From a virus (taxonomy: Duplodnaviria; Caudoviricetes), in IMG/VR virus record IMGVR_UViG_3300036859_000051, positions 1-55,452 of that record: DNA of 55,452 nucleotides. One strand, 5' to 3'. Below the pieces are notes generated by a model that ran no database searches, was not told the DNA's origin, and saw nothing but the letters and a program-made list of their open reading frames with translations. A program made the translations under genes and the position numbers. This document shows, one piece after another, positions 19,685 to 28,880 of the stretch (position 1 is the stretch's first letter; every line of letters begins with the position of its first letter).

Positions 19685-21943
19685 TTATCGCGCTTTCGTG
19701 GCGTTCTTAGAGCCAAAAGCGCGTTGGTGCGCTTTGTTCGTTTGGGATGTTGTATCACCGATCAATCGCGCGTTGATACGATCAATCGTCACTATCAAAG
19801 AACCGTCGTCACCAACCGCTGTTGATGCGTCAACCTGATCGGACACGTTGTTGTTGATGATCGGCTGAACATATACAACGTTCACATGATCGTTTGCGAC
19901 GTTGACCACACCTAGCGAGCCATCGCCCGCGCGACGCAGCGGCATGATTGCTTCCGGCCCGCTTTCGGCCATCTTGCTCAAACCGCCACCATTGAGAAGC
20001 ATAGTCGGCGAAGTCATGACGGTTCCGGCCGCGTGACCCGGCAAGCCGAACATTCCATTCCCGCTGAAACCATAGGTCGCGGCACCGGTCAAACCCTTAC
20101 CAACGCCAAGCCCGCCACCGAACAATGATCCGATGATCCCGTTGAGCGCGTTGTCTAGCACCATGTCCATAAGCTTATCGGCAAGATTACCAAGCGCATT
20201 GGTCAACGCGTCGATTGCGCTTTTACCGTGCATGATATCGCTGAAAAATGATTTGAACGCTTGGCCCGCTGTGTCCATGACGGATTGACGAAGATCATCG
20301 ATCTTTTCTTGCGTAGCTTCGGCCGCGTCACGAATGGCTTTCAAACCATCTTTCACAGCTTTGCCCGATCCGGACGCAACGCCGTCAAGCGCGGTTCCGA
20401 GGTTACCGGTCGCAACGGTCGTGACTGTCGTTGCGGTTGACAGTTGACCATAAGCATCCGTCAACTGTTTGACGTAATCGGTTGTTTGGATCGCTGCGAC
20501 CGCTGCGTCACGTTGGGCCGCTGCCGATGCAACCGCCGCCGCTTGTGCGTTTTCGAGCAACGGGATTTGACCCGACTTAGGATCGATGAAACCGATACCC
20601 GCCGCGATCCCTGCGGTCATGGGATTGACTTTGACTTGTGCGATCAAAAAATTCAATCCGTCAATCGCACCTTTCACCATCGCGTTAACGCCAGTGATAA
20701 CGAGATTGACCGCGCCAATCACCGCCGCACCGATGATGTTCGGAAAGTTGTTGAATACAAATTTGATATCCTCGAACGCGGTCATGAATGACCGAATGAG
20801 GAAGTTTCCAGCGCTCTTAACTATAGCCTCCAAGTCGACACCAAACACATTCTTGATATCGTCTCGAAACGCCCAAATTAGTGTGATAATACCGGTGATT
20901 GCTACGGCAAGAGCGAGCAAGGGATTTGCCATGATCGCAGCGGTTAGAGCGACAACACCCGCGACCGCGCCATCAAATAGCGCCGTCGCCAAACCCCAAA
21001 CACCCGCTATGATCGCCGGTCCGAAAGCGACGGCAAGCGCCGGGCCAACGACGCTGATTAAATCCCCCAACACACCGACGTGTTGAACAACAAAAGCGAT
21101 GCCTTGTGCAAGCCCGAGAAAAATGGCACCCAAGGTTGGCGCGATGAACGCGATGAATTGATTGAATGCACCTTGGATCGAATATCCAAGTCGACTGAAA
21201 TTGTCATTCATATCTTCGATCTGCAATCCCTGAATATCAGTGATCGCCAAACCGAATTGTTTCACGTCGGACGCTGCTTTGCGAATTTGGTCCCCGCCTT
21301 CGCCAAGCAATCCAATCAACATTCCGCCGCGATCCCCTAATGCGGCGAGGGTCGCAGTTACATCGGACGTTGAGAAATTCAATTCCTTCATTCGATCTGC
21401 GATCAAAGCAAATCGTTCATCAATGGGAAGCGCGGCGAGTTCCTTCGCGGAAACACCGAGACGCTTGAACACCCCTTCATTGCCTTTACCGGCCGCGATA
21501 GCCGCACCTAGGACGCGATTGTTACGACGCGTTGCCATCGCAAGAGCGTCAACCGACACGCCCGCTAAATCGCCCGCAACCGACAACGCTTGCATCTGTT
21601 CAACAGTTGATCCAACAGCACGCGCCGCTTTCGATACATCATCGAGCGCGTGAGCCGTACCAACAATTTTTTGGATCAATGCTTGCGCGGTGAATGCGGC
21701 GGCAAACCCCGCCGCGATCTGCCCAAGCGTCGACGTAAGAGCGCGACCAACGCCCGACGTGAACCCTTGTAAGGTACGCATGAATTTGGAAACGTAGCCG
21801 CTTCCGCGATCCATCGTCCTATTGAGTTTTTCGGTTTCGGTTTCCGCCGCTTTCGTCGCCGGAACCAACTCCCGAAGTGCAGTCTTGGCACCCTTCAATT
21901 CAGCGGTGTCAGCAATGAAACCAATTTCAGCAATATCGGTCAT
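19685..21943 (-). CDS. Tape measure protein
   Basis: 752 aa, Ala/Gly-rich helical; MAESGPEAIMPL.R..DGSLGV C-terminal motif. Confidence 0.9.
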   Translation of the reverse strand: MTDIAEIGFIADTAELKGAKTALRELVPATKAAETETEKLNRTMDRGSGYVSKFMRTLQGFTSGVGRALTSTLGQIAAGFAAAFTAQALIQKIVGTAHALDDVSKAARAVGSTVEQMQALSVAGDLAGVSVDALAMATRRNNRVLGAAIAAGKGNEGVFKRLGVSAKELAALPIDERFALIADRMKELNFSTSDVTATLAALGDRGGMLIGLLGEGGDQIRKAASDVKQFGLAITDIQGLQIEDMNDNFSRLGYSIQGAFNQFIAFIAPTLGAIFLGLAQGIAFVVQHVGVLGDLISVVGPALAVAFGPAIIAGVWGLATALFDGAVAGVVALTAAIMANPLLALAVAITGIITLIWAFRDDIKNVFGVDLEAIVKSAGNFLIRSFMTAFEDIKFVFNNFPNIIGAAVIGAVNLVITGVNAMVKGAIDGLNFLIAQVKVNPMTAGIAAGIGFIDPKSGQIPLLENAQAAAVASAAAQRDAAVAAIQTTDYVKQLTDAYGQLSTATTVTTVATGNLGTALDGVASGSGKAVKDGLKAIRDAAEATQEKIDDLRQSVMDTAGQAFKSFFSDIMHGKSAIDALTNALGNLADKLMDMVLDNALNGIIGSLFGGGLGVGKGLTGAATYGFSGNGMFGLPGHAAGTVMTSPTMLLNGGGLSKMAESGPEAIMPLRRAGDGSLGVVNVANDHVNVVYVQPIINNNVSDQVDASTAVGDDGSLIVTIDRINARLIGDTTSQTNKAHQRAFGSKNATKAR

Positions 21944-22353
21944 TTGCGCCCTTTGCTCGACAATCCCGCTCGACGCTTTTCGGCTTCTTCGGTTGCCACC
22001 GCGCTAGCGTATTCGAGTTCACCCGCCATTGCCTCGCAATACGCCATATCCATTGATTTGAGAATGGCAAACTCGTGCGGATAAACAATGGTTTTCATCG
22101 CGTCTCGCCACGCGATGAAGTCTTGCCAAGTAATGCGATTGACGCGACCATCACCAATACGGTTCACACCGTTTGATATATCATCGAACCAATCGAGCAA
22201 ATATTGACCACCGCCCGGAACGTCCCATTCGGGAACTTCCGCGCCGAAACGTTCATTGCGTTCGGCGCGGGTTTCGCCGTCTTTGCCGGGCGTTAGATAC
22301 CGCGCCCGGCAAAACACCACATACGCTAGATCGGCAGTCAGGACCGAAAAAAA
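21940..22353 (-). CDS. Tail assembly chaperone extension (gpT-like), reached by -1 frameshift
   Basis: Open from the T7 run at 22347-22353 in the -1 frame of the upstream chaperone; ITWQD..AW motif. Confidence 0.75.
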   Translation of the reverse strand, partial: FFSVLTADLAYVVFCRARYLTPGKDGETRAERNERFGAEVPEWDVPGGGQYLLDWFDDISNGVNRIGDGRVNRITWQDFIAWRDAMKTIVYPHEFAILKSMDMAYCEAMAGELEYASAVATEEAEKRRAGLSSKGRK

Positions 22354-22730
22354 TGCGATTGTTCCGCCAACGCATCATCGATCTGTGATCTGATCCAAGT
22401 GACCGCGACAATCTTCGCAACGTTGGCAGGCGTGAACCCAAGTTGTTCACCGCCAAACGAACCTTTCCTCCCGTCCGCGTCGGCGGTCCATTCCCAACCG
22501 ACAATCGTTGACGAGATTAAACGTTCGGTATTTTCCTCAATTTCTTCGGCGGTGAGAACCTTGCCGCGTGCGCGTTTCTTCATCACTTGGTCTGTGACGT
22601 TGCGCTCAACAGCTTTGAATTTATCGTCATTGGTTCCGGCAAGCTCAATCGTCAAACCAATCAAGTTCCCCGTTCTAGGATGCTTGATCGGCAGTTTGAA
22701 CGTTACCGGCACAACTTCCGAGATATCCAT
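22338..22730 (-). CDS. Tail assembly chaperone (gpG-like)
   Basis: HP.TG...G..I...G, IVGW, FTP.N, W...QID; ends in a slippery T run. Confidence 0.85.
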   Translation of the reverse strand: MDISEVVPVTFKLPIKHPRTGNLIGLTIELAGTNDDKFKAVERNVTDQVMKKRARGKVLTAEEIEENTERLISSTIVGWEWTADADGRKGSFGGEQLGFTPANVAKIVAVTWIRSQIDDALAEQSHFFRS

Positions 22731-22747
22731 TTGACTTCCCTTTCATG

Positions 22748-22776
22748 AAAAAAAGGCGCGGGTTTCGCCGCGCCTT
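22748..22776 (-). terminator. Intrinsic terminator after the major tail gene
   Basis: GGCGCGG/CCGCGCC stem followed by T7 on the minus strand. Confidence 0.85.
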
Positions 22777-22801
22777 CCGGTCTAAACTTCGTCTTGCCGG
22801 A

Positions 22802-23275
22802 CTATGCGGCTTCAACCACGACTTCGGCTTGTGTGCATCCGAGCTTGAAAACTTCCAAGTCGAAATCCTCGCTACGTCCCATTGGGCGCGTCGGACCGCC
22901 GACAACAGCACGATTATAGATGCGCGTCGGTGTCGTACCGCCCGAAGGCAAATCATTGCGCTCGACTTTGAACGCCATGACACCACTGTTGGACGGGGCG
23001 CCGAAAGTGCGCAAGATATCCTGCCCGGCGTCGGCGGCATTGCGGAGAACTTCAACCTCAGGATCACCCGCGTTGGTGTTCCCTTTGCCCTTCTGAATTA
23101 CATCATCGGCCCAAGTGTCATATGACACGATATTGGTGTTTGCGCCGAGTTCACCGACGCTGCCGATCCCGCCGACTTCAACCCAAGTCAACGCAGCGAA
23201 CCCCGTCGCGTCCAACGCCGTCGGTTGCGCTGTGGCGCAAACGTACAATTTCGATTTCTTGTTGGTTCCGGACAT
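22802..23275 (-). CDS. Major tail tube protein
   Basis: LTWVEVG.I.SVGE.G, K.KG..NAG, DAGQ..L; synteny. Confidence 0.85.
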   Translation of the reverse strand: MSGTNKKSKLYVCATAQPTALDATGFAALTWVEVGGIGSVGELGANTNIVSYDTWADDVIQKGKGNTNAGDPEVEVLRNAADAGQDILRTFGAPSNSGVMAFKVERNDLPSGGTTPTRIYNRAVVGGPTRPMGRSEDFDLEVFKLGCTQAEVVVEAA

Positions 23276-23293
23276 GTCGAGCGCCCCTTTTGG

Positions 23294-23701
23294 CTAGCCG
23301 AAGCATTGATAACGGATAGATACCGGAACAAATGTTTCGTGTCCATTGGTTGCCTCACTCAATACTGACGGTTTTTCCTGAATTTCAACAAGCGCGTTGC
23401 CTTCTCTGAACTGTCGACCCTTCCGAAAATACGTCGACAACGCACTACCGATAGTTGTCAATGGAATTGAACCCACGTCGGGCGCTCCGAACATATCGAT
23501 TTGTAACACCCCTTGGAACAACGTTTCATCACCCCAAGCCAGATTATTGACGGGATTTCGGAAATGCGTCGCGCGAAGATATCGGCCATCGGACGGCGGA
23601 TTAAAAACACGGTTCGGAACCTGCAACGGCAAATCCCCAACTTGAAACGCTGCCTCAATCGCTGCGTTCATCAAAGCTGTCTCGATATCGACTTCAATCA
23701 T
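23294..23701 (-). CDS. Tail terminator (DUF4128-like)
   Basis: PN..F.PP...YL, GVLQI, VPVSI.Y. Confidence 0.75.
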   Translation of the reverse strand: MIEVDIETALMNAAIEAAFQVGDLPLQVPNRVFNPPSDGRYLRATHFRNPVNNLAWGDETLFQGVLQIDMFGAPDVGSIPLTTIGSALSTYFRKGRQFREGNALVEIQEKPSVLSEATNGHETFVPVSIRYQCFG

Positions 23702-24141
23702 TTTCCGATCCGATCTGCCAACCGAGTTGCGACACTCGCAACGATCTGCGACCAACGTTGAACACCGAGACGCAAGAAAGCATCTTTCGCTTCACGAAAC
23801 TTTGCGTAATTCGCCGTCCAACCGAAATAAAAACGCCCGCCCAAATCAAGGCGAGCAATCGTCAAGACGACATTGTTCGGAACTTCCGAACCGTCGTCAT
23901 AATGCAAGGGTTCATCGCTTTCAGGACGCGACGGGCCGACAGGCATTCCAGTAAGCGACCCTTGACCACTCGCGCGCATGAAGCCGGTATCGATGCGCAT
24001 CCTACCGCCTTTAGCCATCGGTTGCTGCACAACTTCGACAAGCTCTTGAAGCGATTGCTTCGCCACAGCATCCAATCGCTGTTCGGTTTCGGTAACAAAT
24101 TCCTCAACCGATACTGTTGCCGATTTCTTAGCGCGGGGCAT
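23698..24141 (-). CDS. HK97 gp10-like tail completion protein
   Basis: DTGFMRAS, WTANYA...E. Confidence 0.75.
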   Translation of the reverse strand: MPRAKKSATVSVEEFVTETEQRLDAVAKQSLQELVEVVQQPMAKGGRMRIDTGFMRASGQGSLTGMPVGPSRPESDEPLHYDDGSEVPNNVVLTIARLDLGGRFYFGWTANYAKFREAKDAFLRLGVQRWSQIVASVATRLADRIGK

Positions 24142-25172
24142 TATTCGACACCCGCCAAAAAATCGACACGATGACGAACCACACAGCGACAATTAATCAC
24201 TTCTTCGGGCGGGGCACCTAGCGAGAAATCACCGGGGAACATCATCCGCGCACCGGACGGGGAAACGAACGGTTCATCCATCCCCACGGTTTGACCGTCC
24301 ATCGCGGCGTGCGTATCGCGCGTGCGGTTATCGCCCGACGCATCCCATACCCGCACGACGGCAGACTGTTGGATCAAACCATCATCAACCGCTTGTTGGA
24401 AAGCTTCGTTCGCAGAATGGTTCATCGATTGCAACGCTTCGGTACGACCGATGTTCTCACCGCGCAATTGCAACAGACTGTCAGCATATCGACCGGTTAG
24501 ACGCGTGATCGTATCAACATCAAGCGGAACCCCGGTATCAATCGACTTTTGAACGATGCTATCAAATCGTTTGTCACGTCGCGTTCGGCTGAACCAACTG
24601 TAAGCAGTTTCAGGATCGGCCAATTCACGACGGGCATTCGCAACCCAACTCGATTGATTACCGGTCAAACCAACAATGCCGCCCGTTCGCCGTTTTGTTA
24701 TCGGATCAATCCGACCAACGATATCGAGCGCAACAACACGCGGATTTCGACCTTGTTGAACACCATAAGAAACGGTATTTTGAATTGCGATGCGTTGTTC
24801 ATCACGGATCGCGCTCACAAGTTGTGAGGAATGGTCGCGCAACCATGCTTCGGCGCGACTATTGCGAACATCGAAACGAAACACCGCACGATTTGTGCCA
24901 AGACGCGGAAACGAATTGGCAGTCAAAACACCGCCCGTTTCAAACGCATTTTCAATCATCGCTGTGATCGGACGCATCGCGGCTTGCGAGAGCCCCAACG
25001 CTTCAAACGCGGCAGTTACGTCACCTAGCTCGATTGCTTTGATCACATTCGCAAGAATTGTCGTGTCGCGGATTTCCGCAATCGCCGACAGAAACGCGTT
25101 ACGGATCGCCGGGGAAAAGCGATCCATTAAAGCGAGTAAACGTTTCTCGCGAGCGAGCGGGCGACGTGCCAT
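24141..25172 (-). CDS. Head morphogenesis protein (Mu gpF/SPP1 gp7-like)
   Basis: I.RTE, W....D.RTR.TH..MDGQ, FPGD, INCRC. Confidence 0.9.
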   Translation of the reverse strand: MARRPLAREKRLLALMDRFSPAIRNAFLSAIAEIRDTTILANVIKAIELGDVTAAFEALGLSQAAMRPITAMIENAFETGGVLTANSFPRLGTNRAVFRFDVRNSRAEAWLRDHSSQLVSAIRDEQRIAIQNTVSYGVQQGRNPRVVALDIVGRIDPITKRRTGGIVGLTGNQSSWVANARRELADPETAYSWFSRTRRDKRFDSIVQKSIDTGVPLDVDTITRLTGRYADSLLQLRGENIGRTEALQSMNHSANEAFQQAVDDGLIQQSAVVRVWDASGDNRTRDTHAAMDGQTVGMDEPFVSPSGARMMFPGDFSLGAPPEEVINCRCVVRHRVDFLAGVE

Positions 25173-25173
25173 A

Positions 25174-25536
25174 TTACTTTCGAGCGATGAAAACCAACAC
25201 GACAGGCGTTCCAGCGGCGGGAATTTTTACGATGTTGACCACGCGCAAAGGCTGACCATCGATTTCCAAGATATCGGCCATGCTAACCGATAGAGCCGCA
25301 GCGTTAACCGACGATGTAACTTGCTTGTCCGAACCAACAGCTAGGCCACGGTCAATATAGGTTTTCTCAACACCCTTCGCGACCGCACCGGGTAGAACCG
25401 TCGCGACTTCGGACGGGGTGCCGGGATTATAAACCGGACCGGTTCCCTTGGTGAGCTTGATAACCCGGATTACGCCTTGATTGAATTGCGCTAGGACGCC
25501 TGCGGCGATGCCCTGCATGTCATCATAGAAGCCCAT
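25174..25536 (-). CDS. Head-tail joining (stopper) protein
   Basis: FYD.M...A..L..F.QG, D...IDG, PAAG; synteny. Confidence 0.7.
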   Translation of the reverse strand: MGFYDDMQGIAAGVLAQFNQGVIRVIKLTKGTGPVYNPGTPSEVATVLPGAVAKGVEKTYIDRGLAVGSDKQVTSSVNAAALSVSMADILEIDGQPLRVVNIVKIPAAGTPVVLVFIARK

Positions 25537-25609
25537 CGGCGTTAACCCTTTTGAAACTGGTGCGAGGCTATAACGACCGCCTCACTCCCGCAAGAAAGGT
25601 TTTCCACAA

Positions 25610-25807
25610 ATGACCGACGATCTTATTGAAAAAATGACCACGCTCATCATAACCGACACCGATATTGAAAGCGCTATTCGAACCCTGCTTTTATGCGGTT
25701 TTTCACCGTTGGTAATCGATGCACATTTTGACCTTGCGTTTGAACGCGCTCGAAAATTTCGCACAACATGGAACAAACCTATTGACCGCCGAATTTCCAT
25801 CGTATAG
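25610..25807 (+). CDS. Hypothetical protein (island 1)
   Basis: SD AAAGG; fills the gap between late genes. Confidence 0.55.
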   Translation: MTDDLIEKMTTLIITDTDIESAIRTLLLCGFSPLVIDAHFDLAFERARKFRTTWNKPIDRRISIV

Positions 25808-25810
25808 ATC
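25782..25810 (+). promoter_or_regulatory. Putative sigma70 promoter
   Basis: TTGACC-17-TAGATC, then leader hairpin TACGGAAACGTTCCGTA and SD AAGGA. Confidence 0.5.
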
Positions 25811-25851
25811 ACAAACTACGGAAACGTTCCGTAACGAAAGGAAAGTCAAGA

Positions 25852-26364
25852 ATGCGCAGTCTAGTAACCTGTTACCTCGCTATGTCGAGCATCGCTTTTG
25901 CTGCGGCCGAAAAGGCTAGCGGCGCCGCCAAGGCTCCCAACGCGCCCACGCCGATCAACACGCCCGCCGCCAATGCTTCGGCTCCCAATGCTTCGGCTCC
26001 GGCCGCACCGACGAACACCGTTGTTACGAAAATCCGTGCCGACGTTCCGTTGCCGCCCAAGAAATCAGGCGGTCGCGGCGGTCAGACGATCTACGATTTC
26101 GACAAGCTGGAAATCGGGCAGTCGTTCGGCGTCGTCGGCAAGACGATCAAGGGCATGGCGTCGACCGTTTCGAGCGCCAACAAGCGTTTCACCGAGGAAG
26201 TCAAGGATGCCGAGGGCAACGTCGTCATGATTGACGATCCCAAGAAGCCCGGCACCAAGAAGGCGGTCACCAAGCAGACCCGCAAGTTCATCTGTGGTAC
26301 GGTCACGCCGACCGAAGATGATCCGGCGACCGTTCGTGTTTGGCGCGTTCCGCTCGATTACTAA
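25852..26364 (+). CDS. Small basic putative DNA-binding protein with N-terminal leader (island 1)
   Basis: VPLP...GRG...YDFDKLEIGQSF, STVSSANKR, VRVWR; strongly biased codons; own terminator. Confidence 0.75.
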   Translation: MRSLVTCYLAMSSIAFAAAEKASGAAKAPNAPTPINTPAANASAPNASAPAAPTNTVVTKIRADVPLPPKKSGGRGGQTIYDFDKLEIGQSFGVVGKTIKGMASTVSSANKRFTEEVKDAEGNVVMIDDPKKPGTKKAVTKQTRKFICGTVTPTEDDPATVRVWRVPLDY

Positions 26365-26390
26365 TCACCCCGCCAAGGGTGCGCCACGGG

Positions 26391-26422
26391 AGCCCCGGCC
26401 GCAATGCCGGGGTTTCTGTTTT
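26391..26422 (+). terminator. Intrinsic terminator
   Basis: CCCCGGC/GCCGGGG stem followed by TTTCTGTTTT. Confidence 0.8.
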
Positions 26423-26424
26423 GA

Positions 26425-26988
26425 TTAGTGTCGAATAGACCGCAACGGATCGAACGGGTAAATAGGCGAATTTCCCGGCGTGCCGGAACCTAGCATCGTT
26501 GCCCCGCTCAATGACCCGCCGCCGCCATTTATCAGGATCGGTGCTAAGATGCGATCCACAGCCGGGATTGAGACTTGATAGGCGCTTGCATCAGCAACGC
26601 CGCGATAGGTCACCGCAACCGCGCCTGAGACAGATACCGAGGCGATCTGCGACCCTTCGGTCACGTCGATTAGCAGCGATCCCGGTGAAACGACCTGTCG
26701 CAACGCTACTTCATACGTCGCATATTCGACTTCGACCGGCGTCACGTCACTAGCGATACTGTTGCCAGCACTATCGAACATGTTGACGCGAGGAAACTCA
26801 CGCACTTGATCACGCGCACCGGTTTTCCAACCGGGGAATGATGTTCGATACTTTCCATCAATCCATTCGGACGCAATGACAAGCGCTGCTTGCTTCGTTG
26901 CGGTTTCCGCGTCCGCCCAAGCCGTGTTGCCACGTTCAGCATGATACGCGTCGGCGCCCGCAATGGAACCGTAAATTGGCGTTGTCAT
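26425..26988 (-). CDS. Head-tail adaptor (DnaT-like annotated family)
   Basis: ADAYH..RGN.AW, AL..AS.WID, Q..EFPR, V.YATYE.AL. Confidence 0.8.
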   Translation of the reverse strand: MTTPIYGSIAGADAYHAERGNTAWADAETATKQAALVIASEWIDGKYRTSFPGWKTGARDQVREFPRVNMFDSAGNSIASDVTPVEVEYATYEVALRQVVSPGSLLIDVTEGSQIASVSVSGAVAVTYRGVADASAYQVSIPAVDRILAPILINGGGGSLSGATMLGSGTPGNSPIYPFDPLRSIRH

Positions 26989-27038
26989 ATCATCCCCTCG
27001 GAATGTCGGGGCGCCCGAAAGCGCCCCGGTCGACGCGG

Positions 27039-27401
27039 TTACGTCGTGACGGTGATTTCCGCCGCCGCCGCAAGTTCCGCCGTATCAAACGGCGTTTCGT
27101 TCAGCTTCTTTCCGTCCTTATCGGAAAGATAGAACTTGCCGTTTTCTTCGATGGTGTAGCGATCACCATCGGGCGCATTCTTACCACCCTTGCCGCCCTT
27201 GCCGCCCTTGCCGGTCGACGGCGGCGGATCATCGGCGATCTTCGGCGGAGTGTAATTCGCGGGAGTACGATGCGAATTCGGCGATAGCTCATCATGCTTC
27301 GGATCGAAATCCGCTTCGTTGATCCGAACTTCGCCAACACCCGGTCGATTGACGATCACGGTCGGAACCGCTTCGTCCGAAAACAATGTCTTATAGTCCA
27401 T
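27039..27401 (-). CDS. Small head-region protein, paralog of 28881..29405
   Basis: INEADFDPKH motif; SD AAGGA. Confidence 0.75.
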   Translation of the reverse strand: MDYKTLFSDEAVPTVIVNRPGVGEVRINEADFDPKHDELSPNSHRTPANYTPPKIADDPPPSTGKGGKGGKGGKNAPDGDRYTIEENGKFYLSDKDGKKLNETPFDTAELAAAAEITVTT

Positions 27402-27422
27402 CGCAGCTTTCCTTTCCGATGG

Positions 27423-27953
27423 TTAAGCCGTCCGAGCGAGCAAGCCCAAGACGTAGTTATTGATCGCTCCGGCGCTATTGGCAATCCGCAAAATGTCAGC
27501 GGTCGCAGCGGTGATGGTGCCGAGCCCGGAAGCATGGGGCGACGCAAGCAATAGGAAGCCGCCCGGCTTGATGGGACCGATCTTCGGCGTCGTGCCCGAC
27601 AGGAACCCGAGGAACGGATTTGAGCCGCCGCCAATGGTCAAATCCGTCGTGTTGACGGTGTCCGTATCGAGACGCGGCCGGTTGAACACCAGCAAGGCAA
27701 CCAATTCAGCCGCTGTGATCGTTGCACCGAACGCATCGGTCAACACGCCCGCTAGGTCAATATCGTCGTCGGTCGCGCTTGCGACCTGACGTTGTGCGAG
27801 ATAGCCAAGATCGGCTTTACCGACCGTTGTCCCGACCTGTAGCGCTTGCATCAATTCGATTTCAGCGGCCCATTGGGGATTTTGCCCCATGACCGCCGTA
27901 CCTTGCCCGGCCATCGCGAGCCGGAACGATAGAGACGATGAAAGAAGCGTCAT
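27423..27953 (-). CDS. Putative virion structural protein
   Basis: Ala/Gly/Thr-rich beta-type sequence, DLAG.LTDAFG.T; in the late operon. Confidence 0.65.
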   Translation of the reverse strand: MTLLSSSLSFRLAMAGQGTAVMGQNPQWAAEIELMQALQVGTTVGKADLGYLAQRQVASATDDDIDLAGVLTDAFGATITAAELVALLVFNRPRLDTDTVNTTDLTIGGGSNPFLGFLSGTTPKIGPIKPGGFLLLASPHASGLGTITAATADILRIANSAGAINNYVLGLLARTA

Positions 27954-27968
27954 TCTTAATCCCCGTTG

Positions 27969-28424
27969 TTAAAGACCGATTATCAGTCGAATGAGTTGAG
28001 CAAGTAACGCACGCGCCCAAAAAAACAGCGCGACCAACGTTCCGAACGTGACGACACCCGTTCCCAAAATCGCATAGAAGATATTACGCATGATTTTGAC
28101 CGTTTCTAACAAAGGTGTCGCTTCGTTCTTAAACTCGACACTTGCGGCGATTAACGGCAGATGCGTTTCTCGGAAATCACTTTCGAAGCGATGAAAATTC
28201 TTTGCGACACCATTCGCCACGTCACGAACTTGGGCAATGGTCGCAGTGGTCACTTTTAATTCACCGCCCATTTCCCCAAGTGTTTTGGTTGTTTCTAATT
28301 GGACGCGAACCGCTTCGTCTAATTTGTCGTGAATTACTCTGCGACTGGCTTCCGCATGTCGTGTTTCAGCCGAGAGTGCACCGAGTTCACGCATTATATC
28401 GTTATTTGAAACAAGCTCAGTCAT
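27969..28424 (-). CDS. Coiled-coil protein with C-terminal TM helix
   Basis: IFYAILGTGVVTFGTLVALFFW; coupled to the upstream gene. Confidence 0.7.
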   Translation of the reverse strand: MTELVSNNDIMRELGALSAETRHAEASRRVIHDKLDEAVRVQLETTKTLGEMGGELKVTTATIAQVRDVANGVAKNFHRFESDFRETHLPLIAASVEFKNEATPLLETVKIMRNIFYAILGTGVVTFGTLVALFFWARALLAQLIRLIIGL

Positions 28425-28792
28425 TATGTTTTAGCCTGATCAATGACGCGTTGCGCTTCTTCGTCTTTTTCCATTTGACGCCCGGCTTGCAAACCCGACG
28501 CGTGAGACGTATGAGCCGTTTCAATACCCGCTGCCGTCGCGTCCACGGTCGCACGCTCGGCAAGTTTCGTTTCGGCTTGCGCTAAATTGCGTTGCGCTTC
28601 GATGCGTTCCAACATTCCATCGGTTTTAATGTCTAACGCGGCTTGACCTTCAATTAACTTGTCTTGTCCTTTGCGAAGCTTACGACCGTTTAGAACATTC
28701 AAAATCATTGCAATCGCGGTGACGATAACACCTACCGGTGTCAGAACTTGCCCAATCGCGCTCAACAAAGAGATAATCGACGGAATGTTCAT
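28424..28792 (-). CDS. N-terminal TM + coiled-coil protein
   Basis: Hydrophobic first ~35 aa, then RKLRK and heptads. Confidence 0.7.
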   Translation of the reverse strand: MNIPSIISLLSAIGQVLTPVGVIVTAIAMILNVLNGRKLRKGQDKLIEGQAALDIKTDGMLERIEAQRNLAQAETKLAERATVDATAAGIETAHTSHASGLQAGRQMEKDEEAQRVIDQAKT

Positions 28793-28830
28793 GCACAAAG
28801 CATAGGCAATGCTTCGGTCTATAAGTCAAC

Positions 28831-28860
28831 AAAAAACGCCCCGAATTAACGGGACGTTTT
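28831..28860 (-). terminator. Intrinsic terminator after the capsid-linked unit
   Basis: AAAACGTCCCG..CGGGGCGTTTTTT on the minus strand. Confidence 0.8.
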
Positions 28861-28880
28861 ACTCGCGTCGACCGTACGAA

